DNA of 64,000 bases from Dehalococcoidia bacterium (GCA_020356025.1 CP070630.1:1729027-1793026), one strand, 5' to 3'; positions 10,556-20,993 are shown, numbered from the stretch's first letter. Notes: generated from the sequence alone by a model not told the origin. Program-made: numbers and translations.

Positions 10556-11704
10556 CTACTCCGCAGCCGAACCAGCGACCTGCTCCGTGAACAGGGGCAG
10601 ATAGCGCGCCACCAGGCCAAAGGCGGCGACGCCGGCAGCGATCATGCCGATGGTCACGGCGAATTCCAGCGGGTGCGGCACGTACGAGGCGGCGAACTCC
10701 GGCCTGCCTATGGCGATCAGGCTCACCGCAAACCGGCTGAGGATCACCCCGCTGATGACCAGCAGCGCGCTGAACAACAGCCCGACGCTGCTTTGCCTTA
10801 CCGCCGGCAGTGAGAACAGCACCATGGGCAGGAGCACGAAGCCCATGATCTCCAGCCACCACAGACCGCTCTCCAAATTCCATTCTGTCAGCAGGCTCAA
10901 CTCCCCCGAGCCAGCGAGATCCCCGATCTTGACCGCGATGTAGGCAGCCAAGACAAACGGGATCACCTTGGCCAGACCACCAAGAAGGTCTAGCTCCAAC
11001 CCTCGCCGGAACACCCTCGAACTGATAGTAGACTCCAGAATCACCATAGCCGGCCCCACCGCTACCGCCGTTAACCAGAACATCAGCGGCAACAATGGCG
11101 TGTGCCAGATCTTATCCAGTTGGTCAGGCAGGATGACATACAGCGAACCCAGGGAAGACTGATGCAGGGTGGACAGCGTCGCCCCCGCGATGGCAAGCGG
11201 GATGATCAGCGCATGGATGAGACGGCGCGGCGCTTCCATCCCAAAGCGCTCGAACACCATTGGGCTGAACTCCAGGGCCAGCACGGCGGTGTACAGCATT
11301 ACGCACCACCCTACCTCAAACATGACCGAGTGGTGGTTCCAGAAGATTATGAGATACCAGATGCGCTCTGGACGGCCCAGGTCAACTAGAAGGGCCAGGA
11401 TCACCAGCAGGTAGCCCAGGAAACCCGTGAGAATGGCCGGCCGAAGCAGGGGACGATACCGCTCCCCGCCAAAAAGGTAGACCATCGACGCCGTGACGAA
11501 GGCGCCGGCCGCCAACGCCACGCCGCACAGCAGGTCGAAGGTGATCCACAGCCCCCAGCCATAGTTGTCGTTCAGGTTGCTGATGGCCCCCAAGCCGCTT
11601 ACGTAGCGGATCATCGCCACCACGACCCCAAGGACGATCAGGCCCCCCAGCACGACGACAGCGGGTGAAATGGGAGGACGACGGAGCGCGTTTCCTCCAA
11701 TCAT
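10556..11704 (-). CDS. NrfD/PsrC-family integral membrane subunit (quinone-interacting anchor of the formate dehydrogenase)
   Basis: About 10 TM helices. N-terminus VSGLGAISNLNDNYGWGLWITFDLLCGVALAAG resembles NrfD/PsrC. Overlaps fdhB by 4 nt. Confidence 0.7.
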   Translation of the reverse strand: MIGGNALRRPPISPAVVVLGGLIVLGVVVAMIRYVSGLGAISNLNDNYGWGLWITFDLLCGVALAAGAFVTASMVYLFGGERYRPLLRPAILTGFLGYLLVILALLVDLGRPERIWYLIIFWNHHSVMFEVGWCVMLYTAVLALEFSPMVFERFGMEAPRRLIHALIIPLAIAGATLSTLHQSSLGSLYVILPDQLDKIWHTPLLPLMFWLTAVAVGPAMVILESTISSRVFRRGLELDLLGGLAKVIPFVLAAYIAVKIGDLAGSGELSLLTEWNLESGLWWLEIMGFVLLPMVLFSLPAVRQSSVGLLFSALLVISGVILSRFAVSLIAIGRPEFAASYVPHPLEFAVTIGMIAAGVAAFGLVARYLPLFTEQVAGSAAE

Positions 11705-12525
11705 GACGATGCCTCCCTATCTCCTGACCTGCCTGATCCCCCATTCTTGCCCATCATCTCCTGTCGGCGTTTCACCACCCAGTAGAGGCCGCCTAGGCCG
11801 ACCAGCATGCCCACCAGAACGGCAGGCGTAGCTTTCGTCATGATGTCCTCGGTGTCTTCCTGAATCGGCGCCGAACCGAGCTGCGGCATACCCAGCTCCT
11901 CGAAAGAAACGGGAGAGATGTACAGGAGAGAGGTGCCTCCTGCCTCATCCTTGCCGTAAACGCGATCCGCGTATCTCTCCGGGTGTTCCCGAATCCTGGC
12001 TTCCGCCACGGCGATCAGCTCATCGCGGTCGCCGTACATGAGCGCCCTGCTCGGGCAGGTGTGCACGCAGGCCGGCTCCATCCCCGCGCTCAACCGGTCG
12101 ATGCAGAAGGTGCATTTCTTGATCTCCGGCCCCTCAAACAGGCCCTGATCCCACTGGAAGGTCGGGATCTCGAAAGGACAGGCCAGCATGCAGTAGCGAC
12201 AACCGATGCAGCGATCGCCGTGATACAGCACAGGACCCTCGTCGATCTTGTAGAGCGCTCCCACCGGACACGCCGATACGCAGGCCGGATGCACACAGTG
12301 CATGCAGGCCTGCCGACGGAAGGCCCATTTCAGCCCGTCGCCGTTCTCGACCTCCCTGAACTCCATGAGGAGCCACGTGTCGGCCGAGACGCGCGGCGGG
12401 TTCTGGTAGCTGCCCGTGTTGCGGGTGGCCTCCCCCGGCAGGTCGTTCCACTGCTTGCAGGCGACCTGACAGCCGCGGCAGCCGGTGCATCTGAACGCGT
12501 CGAACAGTATCGCTACCTTAGCCAT
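11701..12525 (-). CDS. fdhB: Formate dehydrogenase iron-sulfur (4x[4Fe-4S]) beta subunit with C-terminal TM anchor
   Basis: MAKVAILFDAFRCTGCRGCQVACKQWN..., several further CxxCxxCxxxCP ferredoxin motifs, C-terminal hydrophobic helix. Confidence 0.8.
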   Translation of the reverse strand: MAKVAILFDAFRCTGCRGCQVACKQWNDLPGEATRNTGSYQNPPRVSADTWLLMEFREVENGDGLKWAFRRQACMHCVHPACVSACPVGALYKIDEGPVLYHGDRCIGCRYCMLACPFEIPTFQWDQGLFEGPEIKKCTFCIDRLSAGMEPACVHTCPSRALMYGDRDELIAVAEARIREHPERYADRVYGKDEAGGTSLLYISPVSFEELGMPQLGSAPIQEDTEDIMTKATPAVLVGMLVGLGGLYWVVKRRQEMMGKNGGSGRSGDREASS

Positions 12526-12572
12526 ATCACCTACCATCCCTTGGCAAGACAGACGTCAGAACCATCCCGTCC

Positions 12573-15500
12573 CTAGGCCTTTCTCACATCCACCAGGAAG
12601 ACCTTATACTCTGGGATCATCGTGTTGCCATCGCCGACGTGGGCGGTCAGGTCGTTGGCGACGTCGCCGGTGGCCAGCCCCTGCCAGCCGTAGTGCCAGG
12701 GCATTCCCACCTGATGCACCTTCGTACCGTTGACCTGGAATGGCTTCCACCGCTTGGTAACCATTGCTACCATCTGAATCTGTCCCCGCGCCGATCTGAC
12801 GATGACCTGGTCACCGTTCTTGATGCCCCTCTCCTGCGCGAGTTCTTCGCCGATCTCCAGGAACATGTCAGGCTGGCACTCCGCTAGCCACGGGAGGGTG
12901 CGGGACATCGCCCCGGCCTGCCACTGCTCGCACAATCGATAGGTCGAGCAGACGATCGGGAACTCGTCCGCTGTGCCCACCTTGTCGCCGATGTCCTTGT
13001 CCGCGTCCGTGTCCCACAGTTTGATCACCGGGTTGTTCTGCTGGCTGGAGATCGGGTTCTGCACCGGCGACTCCACGGGCTCGTAGTGCTCCGGGAATGG
13101 CCCCTCATTAAGGCTCGAGGGAGCGAACAGCCATCCCTTGCCGTCGCTCTTCATGATGAACGGGTCGGTGCCGGATTGGGCGCCGAGGCCCGATGCGGCG
13201 GGGTCGGCCTTGGCATCCGGTGCCTTGGTCTTCGAAAAGTCGGGCACATCGTAGCCTGTCCACTCACCGGCCTCCGCGTCCCACCAGATGACCTTCTTGT
13301 TCTCCGCCCAGGGCGTCCCGTCCGGCCTCGCCGAGGCGCGATTATAGAGGACGCGCCGGTTGGCCGGCCAGGTAAAGCCCCAGTAGGGGTAGAAGCCGTA
13401 CCCGCCGGGGTCCTTCTGACCGCGTCGCTTCACCGCCGGCATGACAGCGCCGGTGCCGTCGTCGGCCTCAGCGAAATAGCCGGCGAAGAGCCAGTTGCCG
13501 CAGGCGATCATCCCCGGATCGGCGGCGGAGGCGATAGTGCCGAAGCCGGGGATGACCTTCCCCTTCTCCACCAGCACCTTGCCGCTGGCGTCCTTCACGT
13601 CCTCCGCGGCATAGCCATTGACCTCACGGGCGACAAGTTCCACATCCGGCTCATCCCCGTAGTCCCACACCAAGTCGAGGAGGGGGGAATCCTTGGAGTC
13701 TGAGGAGGGCGCGTAGACCTCCTTGAGGGCTTTCACCAATTGGGTGAGGATCCAGATGTCCTCCTTCGCCTCGCCAGGCCCCCCTGCTATCGCCGGCCGC
13801 CACTGGTTACGGCGACCGCTGGTGACGATGCTCCCCGCCTTCTCCACGGCGTCAACCGCCGGCAGCAGGAACACCTCGGTATTGATGTCCTCGGGCTTGA
13901 CGTTCGGCCCTTTCCAGAACGAGGCCGTCTCGGTCTCGAACAGGTCCATGACCACCAGCCAGTCCAGGTTCTCCATCGCTTTGCGCTCGAAGCGCGCGTT
14001 GGGCCCGCCCACGGCTGGGTTCTGGCCCATGCAGACCAGACCCTTGATCTGGTTCGCGTACATCGCCTCAAAGAGGCTGATCCAGGAGTAGTTCCCGCTC
14101 GTCTTGGGCACGTAGTCGTAGGCGTAGTCGTTGTCCTTCGTCGCCGCGTCCCCGAACCAGGCCCTCATCAGGCTCGCGAAGAACTTCGGCCCATTGACCC
14201 AGTAGCTGGTCGTAGCGAAGCGCTGCTTGGAGTAAGCGGCGTAGTCAACGTCCGTATCGCGCGGGCAGCCGAGGTAGCCGGGAAGAATGTGGAACAACAG
14301 GGCCATGTCGGTCGAGCCCTGGACGTTGGACTCGCCCCGCAGCGCGTTGACGCCGCCGCCCGGCATGCCGATGTTGCCCAGGAGCAGTTGGAGCATGGCC
14401 ATCGACCGCACATTCTGAGTGCCCACGGTGTGCTGCGTCTGGCCCATGGCGTACATGATTGTGCCGGACTTGTCGACGGCGCCGGTGGCGCAGTACAGTT
14501 CCGCCACCTGAAGGAACTCGTCTTTCGGCGTGCCGCATACCTGCTCCACTACCTCAGGTGTGAAGCGAGCGTAGTGCTTCTTCAGGTGGGCGAAGACGCA
14601 GTTGGGGTCGTCGAGGCTTGTAGCCTGCTTGATCGTTGCCAGCTCCTTCGTGACCGTTGCTTCTTGCCCCGTCTCAGGGTCGGTCTCGGTGGATGTAACC
14701 GCCTCCTTCTCGATCTGGTATTGCCACGACGTCGTGTCGTACGATCTCTTCTCCGCGTCATAGCCGGAGAAAAGGCCATCGAGGTCAGCCGGTCCCTGGA
14801 AGTCTGGCTGGACCAGAGTGAGAGCGTTGGTGTAGTACTTCACGTACTCCTCGTTGTAGAGCTTGTTCTGTATCGTGTAGTTGATCAGCCCACCCAGGAA
14901 GACGATGTCGGTGCCCGAGCGCAGGGACGTGTACAGATCGGACGTGGCCGCCGTGCGAGTGAAGCGCGGATCGACGACGATCAGATTGGCCTTGTTCCTG
15001 TCCCGCGCCTCATTGACCCAAGTCATGGACGCTGGATGGTTCTCAGCAGGGTTGGCGCCAATGACCAGGATACAGTCGGAGTTCTTGATATCAGTCCAGT
15101 CATTGGTCATGGCACCGCGGCCATACGTGGGGCCGAGACCGGCCACCGTGGCCGAGTGTCATATGCGTGCCTGGTGCTCTAAATACACCACCCCTAGAGC
15201 CCGCGCCAGTTTGACGCTCAGGTAGCAGTCCTCGCTGTTGTTGGCAGCCCCACCGATCCACGCCAGGCCCTCAGCGCGATTGACCGTCACGTCCTTGCCG
15301 TCGACCTTGACGGTGCTGACGAAGCTATCATCACGCGTCTTCTTGATACGCTTGGCGATCTCGGCCGTCGCCCAGTCCCACGACTTCTCCTCCCACTTCT
15401 CTGAGCCTGGAGCGCGATACATCACCGTCTTCAGGCGCAGGGGGCTGTTGGAGAGTTGGGGCACGGAAACAGACTTCGGGTCGAGGGCGCCACGGTTCAC

Positions 15501-15764
15501 GATGTGATCCGGGTCGCCCTCGGCGTTGGTTATATGTCCGTTCTCATCGGTCGCGATGACGAGGCCGCAGCCGCACGAGCAGTAGGGACAGATCGTCAGC
15601 CCCTCACCAACCTTCTTGTGCAGAGGGAAATCCCCGATTCCCTTGGCAGCAGCCGAGCCAGTCGGCAAGAGCAAGCCAGCGTTGGTCGCGGCGCAGAGCA
15701 CGAGGAAATGTCTTCGGCTCAGTTTGGTCATAGAGCTTGACCTCCTGGGCGGAAGCCCGAACAT
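12573..15764 (-). CDS. fdhA: Formate dehydrogenase alpha subunit (molybdopterin, TAT-exported) containing selenocysteine; in-frame UGA at 15159-15161
   Basis: TAT motif SRRHFLVL. TICPYCSCGCGL Fe-S motif. ...LEHQARI-UGA-HSATVAGLGPTYGRGAMTNDW matches the FdnG/FdoG Sec context (ARVUHGPTVA..FGRGAMTN). The two track ORFs 15159-15764 and 12573-15146 are one gene read through UGA. Confidence 0.9.
15125..15150 (-). promoter_or_regulatory. Candidate bacterial SECIS hairpin downstream of fdhA UGA
   Basis: mRNA ..GGCCGGUCUCGGCC.. forms a GGCC(G)/(C)GGCC stem with a GUCU-containing loop starting about 16 nt after the UGA. Confidence 0.4.
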
Positions 15765-15782
15765 TCAACGAGCACCCGACGA

Positions 15783-16151
15783 CTAGAAGAAGATGGTCTT
15801 GTCACTCTGCACCACCCAATCCACTAGGTCAGCCATTGTGGCACTCTCCACGCCCTTTATCATCTCCTCCGGACGAAAGCCCCGCTCTGCCGAGCAGACG
15901 CGACAGGCCTTGACCGTCAGCCCTTCTTGTATCGCGGCCCCCAGGAGTTCCTCGCAATTGGGCATACCCGCCCCGCCGACAGGCATCTCCGGCGGCTTCT
16001 GCCCCTTCTTGGCCGCAAACACAGCGTCCTCCAACAGAAAGAGGTTCACCTGATGTCCTTCATGGAGAGCCACCAACGAAAACCTGAGAGCCGTGTAGAC
16101 TCGCTGTCTCCCGTACGTCGGGTCGCCCACCGCAACAGTAATGGTTGCCAT
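15783..16151 (-). CDS. DsrE/DsrF-like family protein (sulfur-relay-like fold)
   Basis: MATITVAVGDPTYG...LFLLEDAVFAAKKG...LTVKACRVCSAERG resembles DsrE/DsrF-like (PF02635). 19 nt upstream of fdhA, same strand. Confidence 0.6.
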   Translation of the reverse strand: MATITVAVGDPTYGRQRVYTALRFSLVALHEGHQVNLFLLEDAVFAAKKGQKPPEMPVGGAGMPNCEELLGAAIQEGLTVKACRVCSAERGFRPEEMIKGVESATMADLVDWVVQSDKTIFF

Positions 16152-16316
16152 AGACGCCTCGCCTCCCGTCGGCCTTCGCTAGAACCTCTCTTTGATCACG
16201 ATGGCCAGACCCCAGATTCCCTCGTCCGCTCTTCGCTAACTCATGCCGGATACAGGAGATCTAAGAATAATATGTGAATGTTAGCACAAAGTCTATCCAA
16301 CACAACACCAGGCCAG

Positions 16317-16347
16317 TAACAGAATCGTTACAGTTCACTGCTGTTAC
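16317..16347. promoter_or_regulatory. Inverted repeat GTAACAG-N17-CTGTTAC (with internal GTTACAG direct repeat) in AT-rich leader upstream of amidase gene; candidate operator
   Basis: Perfect 7-bp inverted repeat. Adjacent unusually AT-rich stretch 16256-16300 in a GC-rich genome. Confidence 0.3.
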
Positions 16348-16471
16348 GCTTGGACGAGCCTTGGGAGCCACGCCTGAATCCGCCTTGCCGACGCCCTTGC
16401 CAGCAGAGGACGTCTGCGCTAGCCTACAGCAGCAGGAACGTAATACGGCCGCACGGCGCCAAAAGGAGGCC

Positions 16472-17893
16472 CCAATGAACGAGACCGATATCTGCTTCTT
16501 GTCGGCTGCAGATCTCGTTGCATCCTACCAAGCGAAGACCCTCAGCCCTGTCGAAGTGACGCAGGCGCTGCTGGCCCGCATTGACCGGCTCAACCCTGTG
16601 CTCAACGCCTTCGTCCTCGTGGACGACGAAGGAGCCCTGGCCTCAGCGCGGGCGGCGGAGAAGGCCTACGCTTCGGCATCGGCAGCGCCCCTGGCCGGCG
16701 TTCCCGTATCCATCAAGGACTTGACCGAGACGCGCGGCATGCGTACCACGAAAGCGTCAATAGCGCTCAAGGACTGGGTCCCAGACTTCGATGCTGTCGT
16801 TGTGGAGCGGCTGCGCGATACCGGCGCCTGCATCCTGGGCAAGACGAACGTCCCTGAGTTTGGCACGACGCTCATCACGAACAACCGCTTGTTCGGGCCG
16901 GCGCGCAATCCCTGGAACCTGGAACGCACTGCCGGCGGCTCCAGCGGCGGTGCCGCGGTAGCAGTGGCCTCCGGCCTCGGCTCCATCGGCCACGGCAATG
17001 ACGCCGGCGGCTCGATCCGCATACCAGCGAGCTTCTGCGGAGTGTTCGGCATCAAGCCCACCATGGGCCGCATCCCAAACAACTCCAACACGGTTGGGAT
17101 GCAGCTCTTTGCCCACGAGGGCCCGCTCACACGCACAGTGGGCGATGCTGCCCTCTTCCTGTCCGTGTGCTCTGGGCCTGACCCCCGCGACCCCTGGGCT
17201 ATCGAGGAGGAGCCGCCAGACTTCGTGCGCACGCTCAACGAACCCCTTCGCGACCTGAGAATCGCCTGGAGCGCCAGCTTCGGCGGCGCATCCACCGATC
17301 CTTCAGTCCTCGCGGCCTGCCAGGATGCGGCCGAGTGCCTGGCGAAACGAGTTGGCAAAGGTGGGCTGGCCCAGGCCACGCCAGACCTGACCGGCTTGGC
17401 GGAGTCATTCCTGCCCGTGTTCGCAACGGACGGATACCTGTCGAACATCGAACTGGTAGCAGACCGGCTCGACAAGTCGTGCAGGCAGGTGCGGCAAGGC
17501 TTCGAATGGGCGAAGCAGCTACCGGCAACGGAATACTCTCTCGCTCTCGGCAAGATCGCCCGCTTTCGCTACAACACCCGGCGCTTCTTCGAGGAGTACG
17601 ACCTCCTGCTGACGCCCGTAGCCTCGGTGCCTCCGTTCAGGATCGATGACCCGGCGTGGGACATAGAACACCAGATACCACCGCTGGAGATCGCCAAGTT
17701 CATGTTCACACCCCCCTTCGACGTGTCGGGCAATCCCGCAGCCTCCATTCCGATCGGATTCACCCCCGACGGTCTGCCCGTCGGCCTCCACGTCGTGGGC
17801 CGCTGGGGCGAGGACGACACAGTCCTGCGCGCCGCCCGCGAGCTTGAGCGCGAGAGACCCTGGGCGAAGCACCGCCCGCCGGAGCCTGCATAG
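16472..17893 (+). CDS. Amidase signature family amidase (GatA-like)
   Basis: GGSSGGAAVAVASGLGSIGHGNDAGGSIRIPASFCGVFGIKPTMGRIP (Ser-cisSer-Lys amidase signature). AGGAGG SD before ATG 16472. ORF open from 16274. Confidence 0.8.
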   Translation, partial: PMNETDICFLSAADLVASYQAKTLSPVEVTQALLARIDRLNPVLNAFVLVDDEGALASARAAEKAYASASAAPLAGVPVSIKDLTETRGMRTTKASIALKDWVPDFDAVVVERLRDTGACILGKTNVPEFGTTLITNNRLFGPARNPWNLERTAGGSSGGAAVAVASGLGSIGHGNDAGGSIRIPASFCGVFGIKPTMGRIPNNSNTVGMQLFAHEGPLTRTVGDAALFLSVCSGPDPRDPWAIEEEPPDFVRTLNEPLRDLRIAWSASFGGASTDPSVLAACQDAAECLAKRVGKGGLAQATPDLTGLAESFLPVFATDGYLSNIELVADRLDKSCRQVRQGFEWAKQLPATEYSLALGKIARFRYNTRRFFEEYDLLLTPVASVPPFRIDDPAWDIEHQIPPLEIAKFMFTPPFDVSGNPAASIPIGFTPDGLPVGLHVVGRWGEDDTVLRAARELERERPWAKHRPPEPA

Positions 17894-17913
17894 ATTGAAC
17901 CGCAGGCGCTTCC

Positions 17914-17935
17914 CTGGTATCCTTGCAGATACCAG
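17914..17935 (+). terminator. Stem-loop after amidase gene (possible terminator)
   Basis: CTGGTATC-cttgca-GATACCAG is a perfect 8-bp stem. No U-tract. Confidence 0.3.
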
Positions 17936-17975
17936 AATCTAGCTCGCAAAGGTTCAAGTCCGAGGCGGTGCCACC

Positions 17976-19346
17976 ATGGTACACGAGTTAATGAGAAAGC
18001 AAGCGGATGTTGCTGTTGTGGGCTCTGGCCCCGGTGGCGCTACAGTTGCCCGCCAGCTAGCCAGGGCTGGCAAGAAGGTCGTTCTGCTCGAGATGGGCCG
18101 AGACCATCGGAACGAGTTCTACTACGGCACCCACCTTGGAGCCATGATCTACGGCGACAACCACGGCCTCTTGTTCACCGAGGAAGGGCTGAACATCATC
18201 AGGCCTATCATGACCGGCGGAGCGACGAATCTGTTCGCCGGCTCTGCCGCCGCACCGCCAGCGTGGCTAAAGGACACATACAAAGTCGACATCGATCGCT
18301 ACGTTGACGAGACCATAGAGGAACTCGATATCCAAGCACTCCCTGATGAACTCCTTGGCCAAGCCTCTAAGCGCATCATGGAAGCAGGAATCTCCCTCGG
18401 TTGCCAGTGGGAGCCGCTCATAAAGTTCATCAGGCCTGCCAGGGCTGCCAAGTTCGACTGTGGCGCTAAGTGCATGCTCGGTTGTAGATGTGGGGCAAAG
18501 TGGACAGCCAACGAATATGTCGACGATGCCGTTGCCGCCGGATGTGAGCTGATTACCCAGTCAAAAGTGGACGAGCTGATCATTGAGGACAAGCAGGTTC
18601 TCGGGGTCAAAGGCAGCATCAAGAAGAGAATCCCATTTGAAGTAAGAGCGAGGGCCGTTGTTCTAGCGGCTGGCGGTATCGGAACACCACTAATCATGCA
18701 AAACTCGGGATTCTTTGACGCCGGCAACGGCATCGCAATGGACACAACGACAATGGTCTACGGCGTGTCCAAATACAAAGGAAATGCACCTGAGCCACCG
18801 ATGACCGTTGCCTACACCGACGATGAAAACGGCTACATGCTAAGTGCCTTGATCGACCCCTGGCTATCGTATCCCATCATCATGTTCGCAAAGGGCGTCC
18901 GATATCCCCTCACCTGGGTCAACTACCCCAGAACCATGGGAGTAATGATCAAGGTAAAAGACGAAATCTCCGGTGGCATTACCATTGACGGAAAGATTAG
19001 CAAGCCAATGACTGCACGGGATCGACACAGACTAAACCACGCCTCGATCGTCTCCCGAAAGATCCTCATCAAAGCGGGTTGCGATCCGGATTCTATCTTT
19101 GTGGGCCCGCTTCGAGGAACCCATCCAAGCGGAACCGTCAGAATTGGTGAGATGCTTGACACAAACCTCCAAACCGAGGTCAAGAACCTATACGTCTGCG
19201 ACGCCAGCACCTTCCCGGAGGCGCTGGATAGGCCGACCGTCCTCACGATCATCGGTTTGGGCAAGAGATTGAGCGATCATCTGCTGAACACCGTCTTCCG
19301 CAAGAAGACCGCACGGCGGGCGCCGGCAGCGCCAGCCGAACGCTAG
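17976..19346 (+). CDS. GMC-family FAD-dependent oxidoreductase
   Basis: VAVVGSGPGGATVARQLARAGKKVVLLEMG (FAD Rossmann). C-terminal YVCDASTFPEA GMC motif. Noticeably lower GC than neighbours. Confidence 0.7.
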   Translation: MVHELMRKQADVAVVGSGPGGATVARQLARAGKKVVLLEMGRDHRNEFYYGTHLGAMIYGDNHGLLFTEEGLNIIRPIMTGGATNLFAGSAAAPPAWLKDTYKVDIDRYVDETIEELDIQALPDELLGQASKRIMEAGISLGCQWEPLIKFIRPARAAKFDCGAKCMLGCRCGAKWTANEYVDDAVAAGCELITQSKVDELIIEDKQVLGVKGSIKKRIPFEVRARAVVLAAGGIGTPLIMQNSGFFDAGNGIAMDTTTMVYGVSKYKGNAPEPPMTVAYTDDENGYMLSALIDPWLSYPIIMFAKGVRYPLTWVNYPRTMGVMIKVKDEISGGITIDGKISKPMTARDRHRLNHASIVSRKILIKAGCDPDSIFVGPLRGTHPSGTVRIGEMLDTNLQTEVKNLYVCDASTFPEALDRPTVLTIIGLGKRLSDHLLNTVFRKKTARRAPAAPAER

Positions 19347-19356
19347 GTAAGGACCG

Positions 19357-20808
19357 TCAGTCAGCCCCCTGCTCCTGCCGTTCCCGATGGTACCTGACGA
19401 GCGCGGCCATGGCCCGGCCTGCTCTCTCGATGGTCGGATAGACAGCGAGGCCAGCGCTCGCCAGCCTCTGGTGCGCTTCCATCACCGCCCGCCAGCGCCG
19501 CTCCTCCGGTGAATCGGCCGGCCCCAGCACCACGGCCAAGGGTTTGGGCGTGTGGCCGGCCACCCCTATGAACCTCTCCACCACGTACTGAAGCAGCTGG
19601 GGGCCGATGGGAAGCTCCAGGATCCAGTCTTCCCCCACGTTCCCGATGAGGAGATCGAACTCCGGCCTTCCCGCCATCATCTCCAGGATGTCCATCCCGG
19701 TGACCGCGGTTCCCGCCAGAATCGACTGATCGGCTGGATTGATCACCCAGTCCCAGATCTCCGGCGCTCGCTGGCGCAGTTCCTCGCGCATCTCCCCTGG
19801 CAGAGAAGGCACGCTCAGGCCCGCCTCTTCGCAAAGATCGGCCGATTGGACCATGCGTCCTCCCCCTCCCCCCACTACTCCCACCCGTAGGCCAGTGGCC
19901 ACCGGCAGGAAAGCGAAGGCCAGCAGCATATCGATCAGATCCTCCAAGGTGCTGACCTCCAGCGCCCCGGCCTGACGCACCGCCGCCCTCCAGACCTGCT
20001 GAGCCCCAGCCAGGGCGGCCGTGTGAGAGGCGGCGGCATGCGTCCCCGCTGCCGTCCGACCTCCCTTGACAGTGACGACCGGCTTCCTGGCAGCCGCCCT
20101 CTTCAAGGCCGCCAGGAAGCGACGCCCGTCGCTGACCCCCTCCACATAGACGGCAATAATCCGCGTCTCCTCGTCCCGGGCGAAGTACTCCAGGAAGTCC
20201 ACCTCGTTCAGGTCGAGGCCGTTGCCGTAGCTTATGACCTTGCTAAAGCGCAGCCCCCGCAGCGAGCCGTGGTAGCAGAACTCCACGGCGTTGCCCCCGC
20301 TCTGGGACAGGAAGCCGACAGGCCCCGCCTCTCTCGGCAGCTCCGGCCGAAACGATATCCCTTCCTTGGGGTGATAAAGGCCCATGCAGTTCGGCCCGAT
20401 GATGCGAATGCCCGCCCGCTGCGCCCGCCGCTTCAACTCCTCCTCCAGCAGGGCCGCTTCCTGGCGGCCGGTCTCGCTGAAGCGGGCCGTGAAGAAGTGG
20501 ATGGCCTTCACCCCCTTGCGCGCACAATCATCGACCAGCTTCAGCACCCCTGCAGCCGGTATGCAGGAGATCACATAGTCCACCGGCCCCGGTACCTCCA
20601 GCAAGCTGGGGTAGGCCTTCAGGCCCAGCACTTCATCGAGGTTGGGGTTGATCGGATAGACGGCACCGCGATAGCTGAACTCCAGCAAACAGCGCACGTA
20701 CTCGTGGCCCTGGTTGATTGCCTTGGCCGAGGCCCCTGCCACCGCGATGGCGCGTGGATGAAAGATGGCCTCCAGTTCGGCAAAGGCCTTAGACTCGTCG
20801 CCTTTCAT
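19357..20808 (-). CDS. CoA-binding / NDP-forming acyl-CoA synthetase alpha-like protein
   Basis: N-terminal CoA-binding Rossmann (PRAIAVAGASAK...YPINPN...VDYVISCIPAA), followed by a succinyl-CoA-ligase-like domain. Confidence 0.6.
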   Translation of the reverse strand: MKGDESKAFAELEAIFHPRAIAVAGASAKAINQGHEYVRCLLEFSYRGAVYPINPNLDEVLGLKAYPSLLEVPGPVDYVISCIPAAGVLKLVDDCARKGVKAIHFFTARFSETGRQEAALLEEELKRRAQRAGIRIIGPNCMGLYHPKEGISFRPELPREAGPVGFLSQSGGNAVEFCYHGSLRGLRFSKVISYGNGLDLNEVDFLEYFARDEETRIIAVYVEGVSDGRRFLAALKRAAARKPVVTVKGGRTAAGTHAAASHTAALAGAQQVWRAAVRQAGALEVSTLEDLIDMLLAFAFLPVATGLRVGVVGGGGGRMVQSADLCEEAGLSVPSLPGEMREELRQRAPEIWDWVINPADQSILAGTAVTGMDILEMMAGRPEFDLLIGNVGEDWILELPIGPQLLQYVVERFIGVAGHTPKPLAVVLGPADSPEERRWRAVMEAHQRLASAGLAVYPTIERAGRAMAALVRYHRERQEQGAD

Positions 20809-20993
20809 CTCCTCCTCAGTACGATCGGCGTGGCAATCTACTGCCGAGTGTATTGCAGACCGAGCAGTGCTTCAACGACGAGCGAGGTTTAACAATATCC
20901 ATGCCGCCCTTAAGCTTCTGCATGGCCCCGGAGACCAGATTGGACCCCAATGTGCTACTATTGCAGTCGAACTGAGAAAGGAGGTTGCCACAG

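Noticed and set aside
12573-15764. Two separate ORFs (15159-15764 and 12573-15146) that could be read as a split or pseudogenised formate dehydrogenase
   Set aside because: They are in the same frame across a single TGA whose context matches the conserved selenocysteine site of FdnG/FdhA. Called as one Sec-containing gene.
17940-17975. tRNA-like T-loop sequence GGTTCAAGTCC followed by ..GGTGCCACC just upstream of the GMC oxidoreductase start
   Set aside because: No matching acceptor-stem 5' strand, D-arm or anticodon arm could be built upstream. The segment is better explained as RBS (GAGGCGG) plus start codon of the downstream gene. Possibly a tRNA remnant, but not a gene.
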